From Blasia pusilla (lineage: Eukaryota), in NCBI GenBank assembly GCA_050084515.1, contig CM114271.1, positions 29,388,001 through 29,452,000 of the forward strand: a stretch of DNA of 64,000 nt. Direction: 5' to 3'. Below the pieces are notes generated by a model that did no database searches, had not been told where the DNA came from, and saw only the letters and a list, made by a program, of their open reading frames with translations. The stretch's first letter is position 1. The number at the start of each line of letters is the position of its first letter. The position numbers were made by a program, and so were the translations under genes. Below are positions 23,901-38,410 of this stretch, one piece after another.

Positions 23901-25926
23901 CAACTTCAAGCAAAGAATTATCAAGGTGTGGGGACCAACAAGTTGAAGAGGCTAGAGTATTGTCTTTGAGAGGAATTCACACGCATAAGACGGTTAATTA
24001 TCATTACTCACGGAGGGATATAGATATACGCCATCTAATTGATACAAGGTTTTGGATCGAGAACTTCCACCGAGAGTTTGGCATACAATGTTACTAGACA
24101 CCACAAAGCCTATCTTGAAGGTGATCTTCAAGTTATATGAGCAGATTGAACTCAATATGAATGAGGGGTAGGTTTTGACCACAAGACTTTTGTGAGTGTT
24201 AGTAGCTCTACACGTGCCCAAATATGCATTAGTACCATATGAGAGGGCTGGCTTGTCTGGAGAGCATGGTAGGTATAGCAAGTGTATGAGACAATGACCA
24301 CATATGTTGGCACGTAAGGACTATTTTTTGTTTGTTGGATGTATAGTGGGACTAAACGTACATTGTCAAATGGAGTGTGGATAGTAGGGTGGAGGATAGA
24401 GCATAGAGGATCCCCCACCTTGATTAGGAGCTACTTCATATGGCACCATCACAATCACAATGTGACGATTGTCATAGATACAATCAATACTAGGATTTTT
24501 TAGCTTTACCATGAGATACACCAAGAGGGAGGCCAAGGAGCTAGGGGAACATTAGATGGAGATCGAGGAGATTTTGGATGTGGTGGACAAGCTCAACCAA
24601 ATGCTAGAGGGGATGGAGGACATACACCTGATGCACCCACATAGATCAATTAGAGCAACAAATTGTTGATAAGACAATGGCACAACCAACGATACATATG
24701 AAGTCATTGAGAGTATCCACATGAGCTTCAACTTCCACCTCCTATTAGGATAGGTCAGTGGGTTTTACTAGTATGGGATTTATATGCAACACGACACAAC
24801 TTCAGATTTTTGGAATGGTACTTGAGGCATTGCAAACCAAACCATAGTATCATGGGGTTGAGTCACATAAGGGGACTCATATACAATCAACCATAATTCC
24901 CCATTTATGCACGTTATTTTAGTAATTCCACATTCCCCATTTATGCATTTAAGGCACTCCACACGTAATTGATGGAGCTTACATGATCGATTTGTGCCTA
25001 TTAGTAATATGGGTACATTAACATAATGAGGAGTTGGAGAGAAGATTCCTCATATGTAACCAATACAAAGAACATTTTTGGAGATAAGGGATACATTTAG
25101 ATCTTGATTGGGACAAAAAATATTCTTAATTTCTGCGAGATGTTGAGTCATATGCTCATAATACACAATTATGGTGGAAAAACCTTTTACAATCATAAAT
25201 ACTAACACCCACCAAGCAGGCAATACCAATTTATGTTCTCCCTTGGTTTTAGACATGCATCCACATCTGACAGTGATTATTCCCCCCCATGTGGTCTTCA
25301 TAGTGATAGCTTTTGAAGGGATTACATCATCCATTAATTGCGTGTAACCTTTGAATTTACTCTTAAAACTCTCCTTTTCGTATATTTGTACTTGCATCCG
25401 CTTTTAATTCAAGTCAGGTATCATTATTTATTAACTTTAACAAACACAATAAAAGGGAGATTTTGACCTAAGATTCAAAAGAGGGCCACTTGATTGTGAA
25501 ATGCTGTGAAAGCCTTATGTGTTGTTCGAGAAAGTGCCCATTCGCATCCTAGGCACGCACACTCTTGCGCCCATTTGTTTCACATAGTATCCTAGTCTTG
25601 TGACTACTCCAGGAAAATAGCACTGTATTCAGAGCCTTAGCTAATCTAGTTCAGATACCTCCCTTGTGAATCATTTCCACCCAAAGAAAGCATTCTCATG
25701 TCCATCCTCTAGCAGCAAACAACCACTTACACAACTTTAGGGAAGGTTCAGACCATACTTTAAGTCAAGAAAAATGTGGTTACGTAACTATGATCTGTCA
25801 TCACGTTATCTGCTTCAACTTTTCATTCGATTCAGAAGTTTGTTTCATTAAGTTGCATATTTTACAGTATAAGTGGCGTATAAAATACAAGAAGGTTGCA
25901 CATCCTCCTTATCATTTATGAATGGT

Positions 25927-28543
25927 TCAAGCAGCAAATGACTTCCCGCAACCACAGGTTGAGGTAGCATTTGGGTTGCTGAACGAAAATCCACCCCCAA
26001 TCAAGGCTTCACTGTAATCTAGCTGCATTCCAAATAGGAAGAGCAAACTCTTTGGATCACAAACTGCACACAGAGACAAGAGCTTCATTGTTAGGTATGA
26101 AAAAGCGATTTGAGGTACTCTACATGAATGCACACTACGAAGGGTTTGGATGGGCACAAGGCAATAACAAAAATCCCAGACACCAGCTTGCACACCAGAA
26201 ATAATATCCCAGTAAAATACACTAAACCATGTAATCAAACATCAGAGTATATAAAATTCCTGACGAGCCTCCAGTACATGAATCCAAGCTGGGAATCTAG
26301 GCGGTAATGTGGGATTGAATGCACAGTTTGTGGTGCTACGAACATTGGGACCGCTAATGCCAGGGCATTTGCGGGAGAAATAAAAGGCACTAAAAGGCAC
26401 CACGCGGTTGCAATTCATTCAGTAACCTAGCTTGTAGGTTTCCAACTTGAAGCAACCCATAAGAGGGCACAGAGCAATGTGAGTGTTACCATCCCTGCAC
26501 TTGCCCGCGCACTCAAAATGAAGCTAAAATCTACATCTTAGATTTTAGGGTGGGAAGGTCCTTGATATGTTTTGTTCAAGGGAAGCAATTTGTCTGTGTA
26601 TTCTTCGCCACAAATACTAGCGTGTCTTTGTAATTCTACTGCCACATCAGCTCTATTTATGGAAACACCTGATTTAAGCCCATTAGCTTGTCAGACACTT
26701 GCACTGGATGCAAGTGTCTGATCAAGACATACTATCCGTGGTCTTGGTGCCACTCAGTTGAACATGTTTCCAGCAGTCATTCAGTAGGGAAAAACTGTCG
26801 TGCTAAGGTCCCCGTGGAGGGTAGGATCAGATTATGTGGGGAGTGATACACAGCCAGGATTAAGGTCTCCCTGGAGAGTTGGATAGGATTCTGTTCGCAG
26901 TGTTCACGGGCTGGATACGGGGAACCTCTGCATTTAACTGTTATCCAAGTTAAAGGCACAGGACGCGGTCAGGGTACAGGCAACATTTCCAGGTAACTAA
27001 CCATGGCGAGAGTTTAGAATTCAAAGCCATTTTCTTTATCTCCAGAGGGTAATAAAAGTACCAAAGCACTCATCAAGTAGAAAAAAACAAGAAGGAATCA
27101 AAATACGATCCAAGGCCTCAACCTTCCAAGAGGTGCCATATGGCCAAGTGGTGCCTGAGAGAAGGACGGTGTGGTCAGCTGATCCAAGGCCACAACTAAA
27201 TCCAATCGTGCCTAAGAGAACCATGGTATTACCAGATTTTTCTCATACCCCGAACCACAGGCAGCCCATACCTGCCCACGAATGTCCTACTGGGATCACA
27301 TCCCCGACGATGCTGCTACTGGTACCTCATCCATGTCAGTGGAAAGCAATTCCTGTTGTCCTATATCCAGGTAGGGTTTTGACACACCTAGTATATTCTT
27401 GCTCTACCATCTACTTTCATAGCGATATAATTAGCTGTTGATCAATGAGTCTAGTGGCTTTAAACGTTCATCTGATCCTACGAAGTTGTAATCAAAAAGT
27501 CACAATCAAATTCCTCGACTGATGAGTTTACTGGAAGGTCTTTTCCACCTCATCACTGCAATGAACAACAAACTGCTCTTGCACAATAGTGCCAGAAATT
27601 CTACATATCATCCATTAAAGAATGAAGAATACAGGAACGAATTGTTCTTACCCAAAGTGATACCATCGGCTTCAATTTTGGAGTCATCAGCGCGGATTTT
27701 AGATGCATCTTCAAAGTCCATCACATACGACATTCCTGAGCAACCGCCCTGCCTTACTCCGACTCGTAAGTATAAAGAATCCTTGTCAGCTTTCAACCTT
27801 TTCAAATGAGTTGTAGCGTTCTCTGTCAGCACAATTGCAGGGGCAATTTGCTGCGGTGCAGCCGTGGCTGCGACGAAACAGCACATAAAAGGTCAGCCAT
27901 GGAATCAAGACGACGAGGTTAACGGCTTTCTTCACGAACTGCCAGTTTGCTTCTCAGAACCTCATTTATCACTTCGGCATAGCAACCCTGAGAATTCCAC
28001 TAGTTGTACTCCAGAATTTGAATATCATCTCGGAGACCAAAGCCCACTTTCTCCACCAATTCTCTATCAGAGACCATGGTCCTGGATTGACTACACCGTC
28101 TCTTGGCCATCCTAAACGCACTACTTGGGGACGACCACCTCCGTTACCTCCGATACTTTCCCGTCTGCAGGGTTTGGTGATAACATAGAATAACACGGAA
28201 AGACCAATGCCTGTCTTAGATGCTTGACTTCGCAGGTTGGATGCGCCCATGTAACTTCGTGAGGAGCTCCCTTGCTGAATGTAGATGTCTTATTACTAAT
28301 CATACAATCATACACAGCAGCACGAGAAACTTGCTACGCGCTCAAGGTCATACCTGTGTCTGATGCCCGGACATGGAAACCCTGGGGTCTTCGAGTCTGC
28401 TTGCTGAAGAGCGTCAACCGGACGGGCTGCTGCACAAGACTAGTGGAGAGAGAGACTTGGGGCCGAATCGCCATCCTGTTCCCAATCACCACACACCTCC
28501 CACATGATGCTGGCGAGTTGCCAACGCTTAGAGCTCGCATCAT
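25927..28543 (-). CDS. cpIscA: Plastid A-type iron-sulfur cluster carrier IscA/SufA; complement(join(25927-26063,27652-27867,28354-28543)); start could be the downstream MAIRPQ ATG
   Basis: [19 protein letters not shown] and [42 protein letters not shown]. Transit-peptide-like exon 1 and phase-consistent GT-AG introns. Confidence 0.93.
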
Positions 28544-29879
28544 AGTGATTTCAGACACAAATCGTAGAACGCTCCGACCAGAAGAAATCAAGCAGTCTTT
28601 CGAATTCCGAATCCACACAAGCCTGAACTGATAACCAGCAGCAAATCGTCCCTCAGTCGGTCAGCTCATGAATGATTCTACAATACCGATAAGAAGTGAC
28701 AGGATGGCCCTTCGCAGACGGCAGCGAGATTCCCTAGAGATATTTGTCCATACGTCTTACTAATCTTGCCTGTTGCAGCCCATAAGTTACCAATAGCCTC
28801 TACCCCTTCCTCCTCCCCGCCGCCGGAAGGAGCGGCCGACCGGTTCCGACTTAACACGACACGCATCCACAAGCTTCACTGGACGGTTCATTCCGCAAAG
28901 CCCTCTAAGCATACTATTAGGGCCGCTCATTTCCTCCCGACGGGGAACAAATACGGGGACGGAGGAAATTCTCGTGTATTCCACCCGAATGGACTTTACT
29001 GAATAATAATAATAACTTTTTTATAAATAATAATTTAAAAATTGGTATCGTCCGGAAGAGGACAAAAATTTTTTCGGACGCCCCTAAAAATTTCCGTTCC
29101 CAGAAACGGGAGCCATGTGTAGGTACCCGTTTCTTCAAACGGGCATTGGTCGTTGCCACCACTCCCGCGGGCCTTCCAACTCCGGCAGTGAATGGCCCTA
29201 TTATTTCGTTTACCTACCAAACATGGCAAGGATGCACCTCTCCAAAGAGACACTCTTTTTTATTTTTATTTATCCTATGTTCAGCTGGACAAATATGGGG
29301 CCGGTGCGCTCAAAGGGATAACCCGTATGTATGCAGTTTTGGGGTTTTTAAATCAAAACCATTGCATTTTAACAAGTATTTTTTTAACACGGCATACTAA
29401 AAATATTAGTGGTCCGCAAAATATTACACGGGGATATACGGAAAGCAATAACACTAACACGAGAAGTAATACGGCGCGGAGAAATGAGCAAAGAGAGTGA
29501 GTGAATCCAAATGTTTTTATTACGATTTGCATTTCTATTCACATCCAACTCATATTTCTATTCACATTTGAGAATTAATTTGCAGAATAACTTGCATTGT
29601 ACGGCCTCTGCACTTGGAAACAAGTACTAGTACCTGTAATTACTAGAAAATAATGTTGGAGTGTGTACTTATTATATTCATGCAGGTGTAGAATTGTTGC
29701 ATCCGGAGTGTCTAAAAGACTTGAACGTATTGCGATAGGAAGAGAATTGTGAATGCCAAATGCATGCCAAAAATTGACTCACAAAAGATAAAAATGACTT
29801 GCTCTTGTAAGCACTTCCTTAAGCCAGCGGATGGGGAACACAACCCCAAACTTGCAAAACCAACGATCAATCAACTAGT

Positions 29880-29950
29880 GAGCTCTCAATCCTTCATTCT
29901 CTCTTTGTAAATCAATATCTCTTAAAGCTCTCACACAATTTCCATCTCTC

Positions 29951-30006
<56 letters not shown>

Positions 30007-30418
30007 GTCAAACCAAACTCATTCTCCTAATGAGAGGTTGGGATTAGCTACAAGACGTAGAGGACCATAGCTCCGCCATCTCATACCAAGAGGTTCAACA
30101 AAGAGAGAATGAGTTCCAAAGCTCCCTTTCTTTGGGTATATCCCCTTCCCTCTCCTAAGCTATGTCCATGGTAACCTATGCTCACAAGTTACCTTCTTGG
30201 CTCCTGACATATTGTAGGGGATCAAGGGCCACTTCTTCAAGTGAAAAGTCAACTATGCTCCTAATTAGAACTTACCCTAAATAATAAGTTGCTCAATATA
30301 GCTCCAAATGAGCCAAAATGAATGGAAACCCTGCTCTCTTAGGTTACCCCAGGCCTCAACACATCCTCCTGAAAGGCACCCTACGGATACTCATCAATCT
30401 ATCCTAAAAGACGTGACA
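29880..30418 (-). mobile_element. Truncated 5' end (repeat A plus first internal bases) of the split-repeat retroelement family, with expanded (GA)n
   Basis: Reverse complement starts TGTCACGTCTTTTAGGATAGAT at 30418. It continues into TTTACAAAGAGAGAATGA as A1 does at about 6540, not into B. Confidence 0.85.
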
Positions 30419-31646
30419 ACTAACACTAAGCTCAAATATGTTGCATTTCAACAAATTTCTTCAATTCATAATTGAGTTGATTTTGTTTCAAGAATCATAT
30501 ATGTTGCCTGATTTACTCTACCTTTGTCATCTCCTCTAAGGTATTAGGTTACAATAAGCACTTTAAAGGAACTTTCTAAGCCTTGATATAAAATGTTGCC
30601 TACCTAGCCATAATCATCATAAATTGGTCAATCGACATATGGGGCTCTAGTCTGCCCATACATCACACACTTAGCACATAGGATTTACATGGTATTCCAC
30701 AACCAATATAAGAAATTCTTAGTTTTCTAAACGGATTCTATTACTCACATAAGTTATGTATGATAATCCATAAGTGTTAAAATGAGTAGTTACTTTCTAA
30801 GCTACAAAATTCAAGTCATTCCTCCCAAATGGTTGGGACATGGTTTAATGATAAAGAATACAAAGGCAAGCCCTTCTTATCCCTACCTTTATACATAACG
30901 AGAGGGATGAGAGAATCTCATTCTTTCTATGCATATTAATTCTCACTCTTTCCTTTTATTCAAGTTAGCTCTTTTTTGTGTGTAGAGGGGGAAGCAAATT
31001 TGTTGAGGTAGTTGTTTCTAAATAGGATCATAGCTTTGAAGAGTGTGAAGAATTATATGATAAGTAGGAGATTTGCAAGGAGAGAAAGAGAAATTTGATC
31101 CATTGAGATAGAAATTCACACAATCCACTTTGAGTAATAGAAATGTTTGTTCCAAGGCCAAGACAATCTTAGAAGGTTGAAACCAAATTAATCGAATGCA
31201 TAATTTATCTAAGCCAAATTCACTATATACTTGAAGGTAATCTCAAAATATCCACTTTCAAGTATATATTGAAATTTGTGAGCATTGCACTAGTATAGTT
31301 TAATATAGTGACATTTAGAAGGATTGGTCAAAGAATACCTTATGTGCACATATCACCATCTAAGATAAGCCTTTTGTGTGGATTCTAAGACAAACACTCC
31401 TGTTTGATCGAAGAAAAACTTTTCTTTGATCAATGTAAGGTTATTCTTACGTCTTATCTCTGAATTATTGTGACTTTAAAAGGAACTTATTAGGAATACT
31501 CAAATGAGTGTTATCTTGCATCATTATGATTTATGCATTGAGGTTATTAAAAAAATTCAGATGTGACTAGAGATGGCTATTCTTATCATTATGGTACTGG
31601 TTGGGATCCAACTCCGTTTACAACAAATGTTGATAAAAAAATAAAG

Positions 31647-31890
31647 CCATCTAATACCAAGTAACTCTTCTTTCCCTTAAGTCTCTTAGACTTTCCTTGA
31701 ATAAAATGAAAATGTGTTTAGCATACGCCTTACAACTACTTAGAGGATTTAAGGATGCTTTTGAAAGTGTAAAGTAGAGAATTTGGTTTCCACGTGGTTT
31801 GATGAAGTTGAAAGTCTTCACAAGTAGCCTACAATCTATACTATTAATGGAGAGTGCCTCCTCATTTCGCAAACACTCCAGAGTGTGACA
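31647..31890 (-). mobile_element. Possible old LTR with degenerate tRNA-iMet PBS
   Basis: Minus strand starts TGTCAC at 31890 and has TGGTATTAGATGGC at about 31659-31646, resembling TGGTATCAGAGC. No partner LTR identified. Confidence 0.3.
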
Positions 31891-33427
31891 CGTGGCCTTT
31901 TCAGCCACTCATGGTTGTTCACGCGTTCATGAATTAGAGCTGCCTTTTGGTTCCCTTGGGGATATTTTAGGGTTTCAATCTGATCGTCCGATTATAACGG
32001 TTTTTCTTAGAGTGGTATATTTCAAATTATGTACTTGAGACTGTTACGATTGCGAAGAGACATCCGATCCCTCAAAGACTCATCGAAACGTAGTTCTCAG
32101 TCTTCCCGTCATTGTATTTAAATGTTTTCCAAATTTAAAAACTCCGATCAGATAGAGCTCAGTGCACACAACCATTTCACCATTCAGAGTTAATGCAAAG
32201 TTTTATTCCACAGTGCACACATTGACACGTCTCTCGTCTTTGTGTGCACAGATCCGCATCGGATCACTAATAAGAATAGTCTAGGTAAGATACAACTTTG
32301 CTCTTTCGATTAAGCTTCATGAACTAGGCGCCATCCGGCTTTACTCTAACACATTCTACATGTTGCTATTTGAATGCAGGTTTTTCATAGAACTGAGTCC
32401 TCATTGGAGTCAACATTCTAAGCAGCGGCGTGTTGTAGTTCGGGTGGTGAAGAAGATCCAGTCATCTCCGGTTCAGCTCCCCAAGCTCAGCTCCCGTGGT
32501 TTAGCTCCCAAGGTTCAGCACCCAAAGCTCAGCTCACGACCTCAGCTCCTCTTTGTTGTTCTTGGGAGAACTCCACTCTGCAAACATTCATTCAGCCAAC
32601 AGACGGATCGAGGGTGCATAGTACTATGACAACCAGAATAACAGCAAAGAAATCGACATAGGGGAAAGGAAAGAGTGTTGCCAATGATGCTTCGAAAAAG
32701 CATTATGGTGTAAAGACTCCGGATCCCCAACTACTTGAGAGTCCCAAGTGGTCTCCCATATCTCATGAGGATTCCATCCGACTGAGTAAGTGGAAGAAGT
32801 CGCATTTTGGTGTAAGCCCTCCTTGGGGGAAAAAGCTCACCCCCGAGCATGCCTCAGGCTTCAAGAATGTCATAAAGGATTCTCTCCCGAATCCGAGAGA
32901 GCCATCACTGTCAAATAGAGAATACATTCCAAACGAGTGGAGGGCTTGGAAAGAGGGACCCCTGAGTATCGCCTTTGGACGCCCAACAAAAAAAGAGCAC
33001 ACATATCTGAAGGTGACTCTATGAAAAAACCTTTGAAGACGCCAGGGCCCAACGTGCAAGACGCTTGCTCATTGTCTCAAAGGACTTCCTCAGGAATCCC
33101 TCGGGAATACTCTACACCACATCCAAATGTGACTATTAAGACCCCTAAAGGAGGGAAAAAACCAAAGGATGTGATAGTCAATATTAATTTTGTGCTCTAA
33201 AGCAAAGTAGAGTAGGCAGATCAGGCAATGTGTAAAGCATCTCACGCTACGCTTATCAAGGGAATAAAGTGTTGCTTTGGAATCAGATCTTTTGTGTCAA
33301 TCTACCAGATTTGCTTCACGTAGTCCAGAAGTACTTAGCTCAAGTACTCTGAGACAAGAGAGAAGGACGTTGTCAAATCTTTCGGGTCAAACTGCCCAAA
33401 CCCGCTTCTCGAGAGTGCAATCGCTGT

Positions 33428-34061
33428 TGTCACGTCCTTTAGGATAGATCGGTGAGATCTAGTAGAGCGTCTTCAAGAGTGGTGGAGGATAGGCCTAGGA
33501 GGTGGAGGATGACTTGTTGAGGCCCCGGTAAACCTGAGAGAGCAGGTTTTCCCTTCATTTTGGCTCATTTGGAGCCATATTGAGGAACTTACTATTTTAG
33601 GTAAGTACCATTTTGAGTATATGATCAACTTTCTATTTTTGGTAAGTGGCTCTTGACCTCCTACATTAGGTCAAGAGCCAAGGAGGTGACTTGGGAGAAT
33701 AGGTTACCATGGAGAGAGCTTGGGAGAGGGGAGGGGTATATATCCCAAGGAGAGAGAGCTTGAGAGCTCATTCTCTCTTTGTTGAACCTCTTGGCATGAG
33801 GCGGCCGAGCTATGGTCCCTTGCCTTGTGAGTGTAACCCAAGCCTCTCATTAGGAGAGTGGGTTTGGTTTGACATGAGAGAGAGTGCACACCTTTGAGAG
33901 CTATGGTGTGAGATTGTGTAGAGAGAGATTGGATCTTATTTTAATTGGAGATATTTTGGTACTTCTTGTCTTGTTGTTTGGATGCCATGAATTAGCATGG
34001 GATCGTGCGTGATTGTGTATGTGTTCGATGACATCGATGTATGTTGTGTATGCGCACGACA
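33428..34061 (+). mobile_element. Solo A-B unit of the split-repeat retroelement, with perfect 4-bp TSD CTGT
   Basis: CTGT|TGTCACG...CACGACA|CTGT. Colinear with 15754-16394. Confidence 0.95.
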
Positions 34062-34169
34062 CTGTCGACAGCAACGTGTGATAAAAAAAAGACAGGGACA
34101 GCAAGGTGCGGGCGATAAAAAGAGAGGCGATCGCTTTCTGAATAGATAGAGTTCACCCAGTCCAGAAGT

Positions 34170-34950
34170 ACACTCATATATATCCACTCAACTGAATTTT
34201 TAAATACATGCTTGCCTTCTGGACTACCTCCGCACCATTTGTGCTTGAAGATTGGTGCACCAATAATGCTCTTACGGAACAATAATGCTCTTACCAAACA
34301 TGAATGGCTTACATGGACAAACAAATGGAACTAGATTAACTATTCGTGGATTTGTGCAACATTGCATGGATGCCAAAATCATCACAGGGAAGAATCTTGG
34401 AGATCGAGGTTTTATTCCACGTATCCCATTGATTGCATCCGACTCTGGTTTGCCATTTGATTTACATAGGTTTCAATTCCCTATTCGGCCAGCTTTTGCT
34501 ATGACAGTTAATAAGTCTCAAGGTCAAAATTTGCAAAAGGTTGGCATTTACTTGCCTATTCATGTATCTTCTCATGATCAATTGTACGTAGCATTATCTA
34601 GAGTAGGGAAGAGAAGTTCCATCCACATTAGGATGGGAAGTAATGAACATTCAAATATACACGAAATGGAGTGTATAAAGAAATATTTGGATGAAATGAA
34701 TATTTTTTACATCTCACCATTTGATGGACTACCATCTCACCATTATTTTTGCATTACCATCTCACCATTTGTTACCAACTTTACAAAGAAAACGTTAATC
34801 CTATGGAGCAACGTTCATTCACCTTACCAACCGATGCATTGACAGATGATTTTGATGAAATAGTATGCAAAATCATCGGTCCCTTCATTTAAAACTTGTA
34901 AAATATTAAAAATTATTTATTTCCCGTGCATCTCACGACACCTTACTAAT
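34170..34950 (+). mobile_element. Helitron 3' remnant: PIF1-type helicase C-terminus plus decayed terminal hairpin and CTRR
   Basis: [27 protein letters not shown] and [20 protein letters not shown]...[27 protein letters not shown] at 34923 is followed by CTAAT at 34946. Confidence 0.85.
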
Positions 34951-35310
34951 GTACCTCTAAAACAACTTAGGAGCTTGAGAAGGCCTAAACTTTGATAAAA
35001 ACTACTGTCCTATCAACCATAGATTTCAAGTCGACGACCATATTATTGAGGCGAAATTAGTGTGGGTTTCGCTAAGCCGATCTATTAGGGTATCTCGTAA
35101 TTCTCTTGCACATTGAGTCCGTACAGTCTCCCCATGCAATCAAAGGACGATTTGATTCGGTCCATTGGAAGGCAGGGGAGAACGGACCAGAGAGGGGAAA
35201 GAGTGCACGCCATCCATCCCACAAAGGGCAAAGAAAGAACAGGCAACCACGGCATCCCACGTTCCGATTCAATTTAGTTTAGTTTCATTTCATTTCACAG
35301 TAAGTAAATA

Positions 35311-35455
35311 AAGAAATAAATCCGAAGAGAGAGAGGGAGTAAGAAATAAATCCGAAGAGACAGAGTAAGAAATAAAGCCGAAGAGAGAGGAGTAAGAAAT
35401 AAATCCGAAGCGAGAGAGAGAGAGTAAGAAATAAATCCGAAGAGAGAGAGAGTAA
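35311..35455. repeat. Minisatellite, 5 copies of ~26-32 bp AAGAAATAAATCCGAA(GA)nGT, upstream of the DUF1997 gene
   Basis: Directly visible. Confidence 0.9.
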
Positions 35456-35706
35456 CGGGGGCCTCGCGGTCGTCTCAGGGGGATGGTGGCATGAGCGAAT
35501 GCAATAGGAAGAACAAAGAGAGAGAGAGAGAGAGAGAGAGAAGGGGGTGGAAACCGATCTGCTGGAAACGAAATGAAAAGCGAAGAGGATCGGGGAAGGA
35601 AAGAGATCAAGCGATCATCACAGTGTCGTCGTGCGCGGGGACCAAGCACGAAAGGGGATCAGCGAGCCTCGCCTGAGCACGCGATCGGGCAGGCAGATTG
35701 GCAGCC

Positions 35707-38410
35707 ATGGCGCTGCGACTGCCTGCTGCTCCAGCGGTGGTCGGTTCGTGGAGAGACACGGTTGGGTTCTCTAGTTTGAGGTCCTGGCCAGAGTTGCGGA
35801 CGAAGACTTTTGCTCGCCCGAAGGGCTGCAGCTGGAAATTGGTGCGAGCCGTGGTGGATAAGAGCAAAAATGTGGAGCAGAAACAGCGAGCCACGCTCGC
35901 TGCCCACCGGGTGGAGATTCATGTCATCAAGGAGGCGGAGCGCCCTTTGGGTAAGTGTGCATTTCTAGCATGGAATCTTCGTCTACCCAATTCGTTAGTT
36001 TTTTTTCGATAGTTGGGACCAGATGGTTTTTAAATTTTCTTTGTGATACTTTGGGCTAGGGTGTACCTCACAGCCATCCATGAGGCTTCTGTGCGGGATT
36101 GCCTTTGTTTAAATTGGTTCGGGATGTGGGTCACGCTGGACGGGCTGACTGACGCTGTAAGGTTACACCCATGAGGCTTTTGACAGAGAACTCCAATGCC
36201 TGAATGGTGGGGCTACTCAGTGGGCTTGCGGGTGGTTGGGCGCGAGAGCAGACTCCGAGTGTTGCGATTTCTTCGGAGAACAGTCTTTTTAATGGTCGCA
36301 TTCTAGACTTTTGCCGATGGCGAGTGGTCAAGAGGTGCGACTGCAGACGTATAATTGCGAAATTTGTGTTCGGGGGAGTGAGTCTGCGAAATTGTTGGGA
36401 TCTAGAGTATGCGGGCTTGAGTGAAAGACTCTGTATCTAAGTCTGAATGGGTGGTGCGTACAGGGGAGTATATGAGGCTGCCTGCAAGTCAATACTCTGT
36501 TCTGGACGCAGAGCGCATCGAGCGCGTGGATGAATCTTCGTTTCGTTGTTATGCGCCTCGTCTGAAGTTCTTCTCTTTCGAAGTGGGACCTGTGCTGTTG
36601 GTGCGTGTGGACGAACAGCCGGACGGCTGTTGCATAAGGCTTCTGTCTTGTACTGTAAGTCTCCTGTGGTTGATTACCTGTGCAAGGATTCTCCAGAGAC
36701 CTGAGCCGGGTCACACCCAGACAATTGCCGTTGTTGCTGTTAGCTAGAACTGGTGAAGCAGAAATTGAGTATGAATCATGTTGTATATCCTGGCTGTCTC
36801 CATTATCTTCCTGTTGATGGGAGAGGGAAATGCTTAATGGATGTTAATGTATAACGTATGGTACGTAGTCATGGATACATCTTCTATTCAGATGTTCCGG
36901 GTTTTGATCAAGTGGTATGTGTCTCAAGGTTTTGAGTTTCGTGTTTAGCTTGGCCAAAGATGAGATGATTGCTTAGGTGCCAAAGATGAGACGATTGCTT
37001 AGGTAATGTCATGAATGGACGCATGTAAAAAGTATGGTTCTGAATACCTTTTTGTGACCACAGCTTGAAGGATCTCCGATTGTCGTTGCACAGAACAAGA
37101 AGTTCACAGGTATTCTTGGGTGTCTTGCATTTCTTTCTTCACAGGGACCGTAGTATTACTGTGTGAGAAGGGTGCCAGTTTATCGGTTGCGCTATCTTTA
37201 ACCCATATTAAACGCTCACACCATTCTGAATGATATCCAACCTAGGCAGAAGGGAAGGCAGGTAATGATGAGTGAGTGTGATTTGTCCGGCTCTAATTTC
37301 TGTGCATTCTCTCCATTGAGGAGGGCTTGTGAAGGGTCATGCCCATTCTTTTTTATCCTGCACTCAAGCGTCACGGTATTGCAGAGTGTCTGAAGATCTT
37401 GCTCAGACCTTGTCGATACTGATCTCACACCTGAATGGACCGATCACCTTTGCAGCGTCGATGGTGAATAAGGTTTCTTGGCGAGACACAGAGGAGTCGT
37501 CATCAGATAAGGAGCTGATTTCAGATACAACAATTGAGGTAAGTTTCTGTCTGCATAGTTCAGGTTTTATTACGGTTAAGATTATGAACTGACTGTTTCC
37601 CCACTGATTTTAGTGGCTCTCTTAATGGAAAAGGATTCAAACAAGTGGTAAACCTCAGTCCATGGGAATGATAGTAACCCTGAATACCCATGTTGGTGGA
37701 AGAGAAGCCATGGTTTATGCAGCTAGGAAGTGTAGGTCTAAAGATTGTGTGTGGATATCACTATTTTCCGGCCAACTTTCTGTGAGAGTTGGTAACTCTT
37801 GAGGTATAATGCACGGTCACAAATTTGAAAAATGGTTCTTTTTTAGTCCATGCCTCCGAGATAGTGACGATGACCTTACTAGGTTGTATGTGAGTCTGAA
37901 ATCGTGACCAAATGAGTTACGAGTTGTCAGGTAGAACTTTTTGTCTTTGATTGATGTCAAGCAATCATGTGGATGTTTGGAGACCCATACATCAAGTTCA
38001 GTGTGAATGTCGAGAACTATTATTTCCCTCCGGGAAAAAGCCAAAAAATTTACTGCGACTGCTCTGAGTTTTTTGGTGTCAGGTAACACTTGAGATTCCT
38101 GGAGCTGTTAGAGCAATTCCAGTGGAAGCCATAGAAGGAACAGGAAGCCAAGTGCTAGGCCAAGTTTTAAAAGTAATGCTGCCTCGGTTTCTCACCCAGG
38201 TATGATAAATGTCTCCGCTTTCAAGTATAGCAAATTGTCCTGCTGCTACTTTGTCTCCAATTAGGATTGTAATGAAAGCTTGTGTTAGCTGCCTTGTGCC
38301 TATATGTAATACATGGTACTAACTGTTACTGCTTGCAGCTAGGTAAAGATTATCATGCTTGGGCCTGTGGCGACTCCTCTCGCAAGCCACTAGGAACTGG
38401 GGAACTTTGA
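35707..38410 (+). CDS. DUF1997 family protein, probably plastid-targeted; join(35707-35950,36464-36654,37064-37109,37456-37538,38083-38199,38339-38410)
   Basis: EYMRLPASQYSVLDAERIERVDESSFRCY, LEGSPIVVAQN, MLPRFLTQLGKDYHAWACGD. Six phase-consistent GT-AG exons. Confidence 0.88.
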
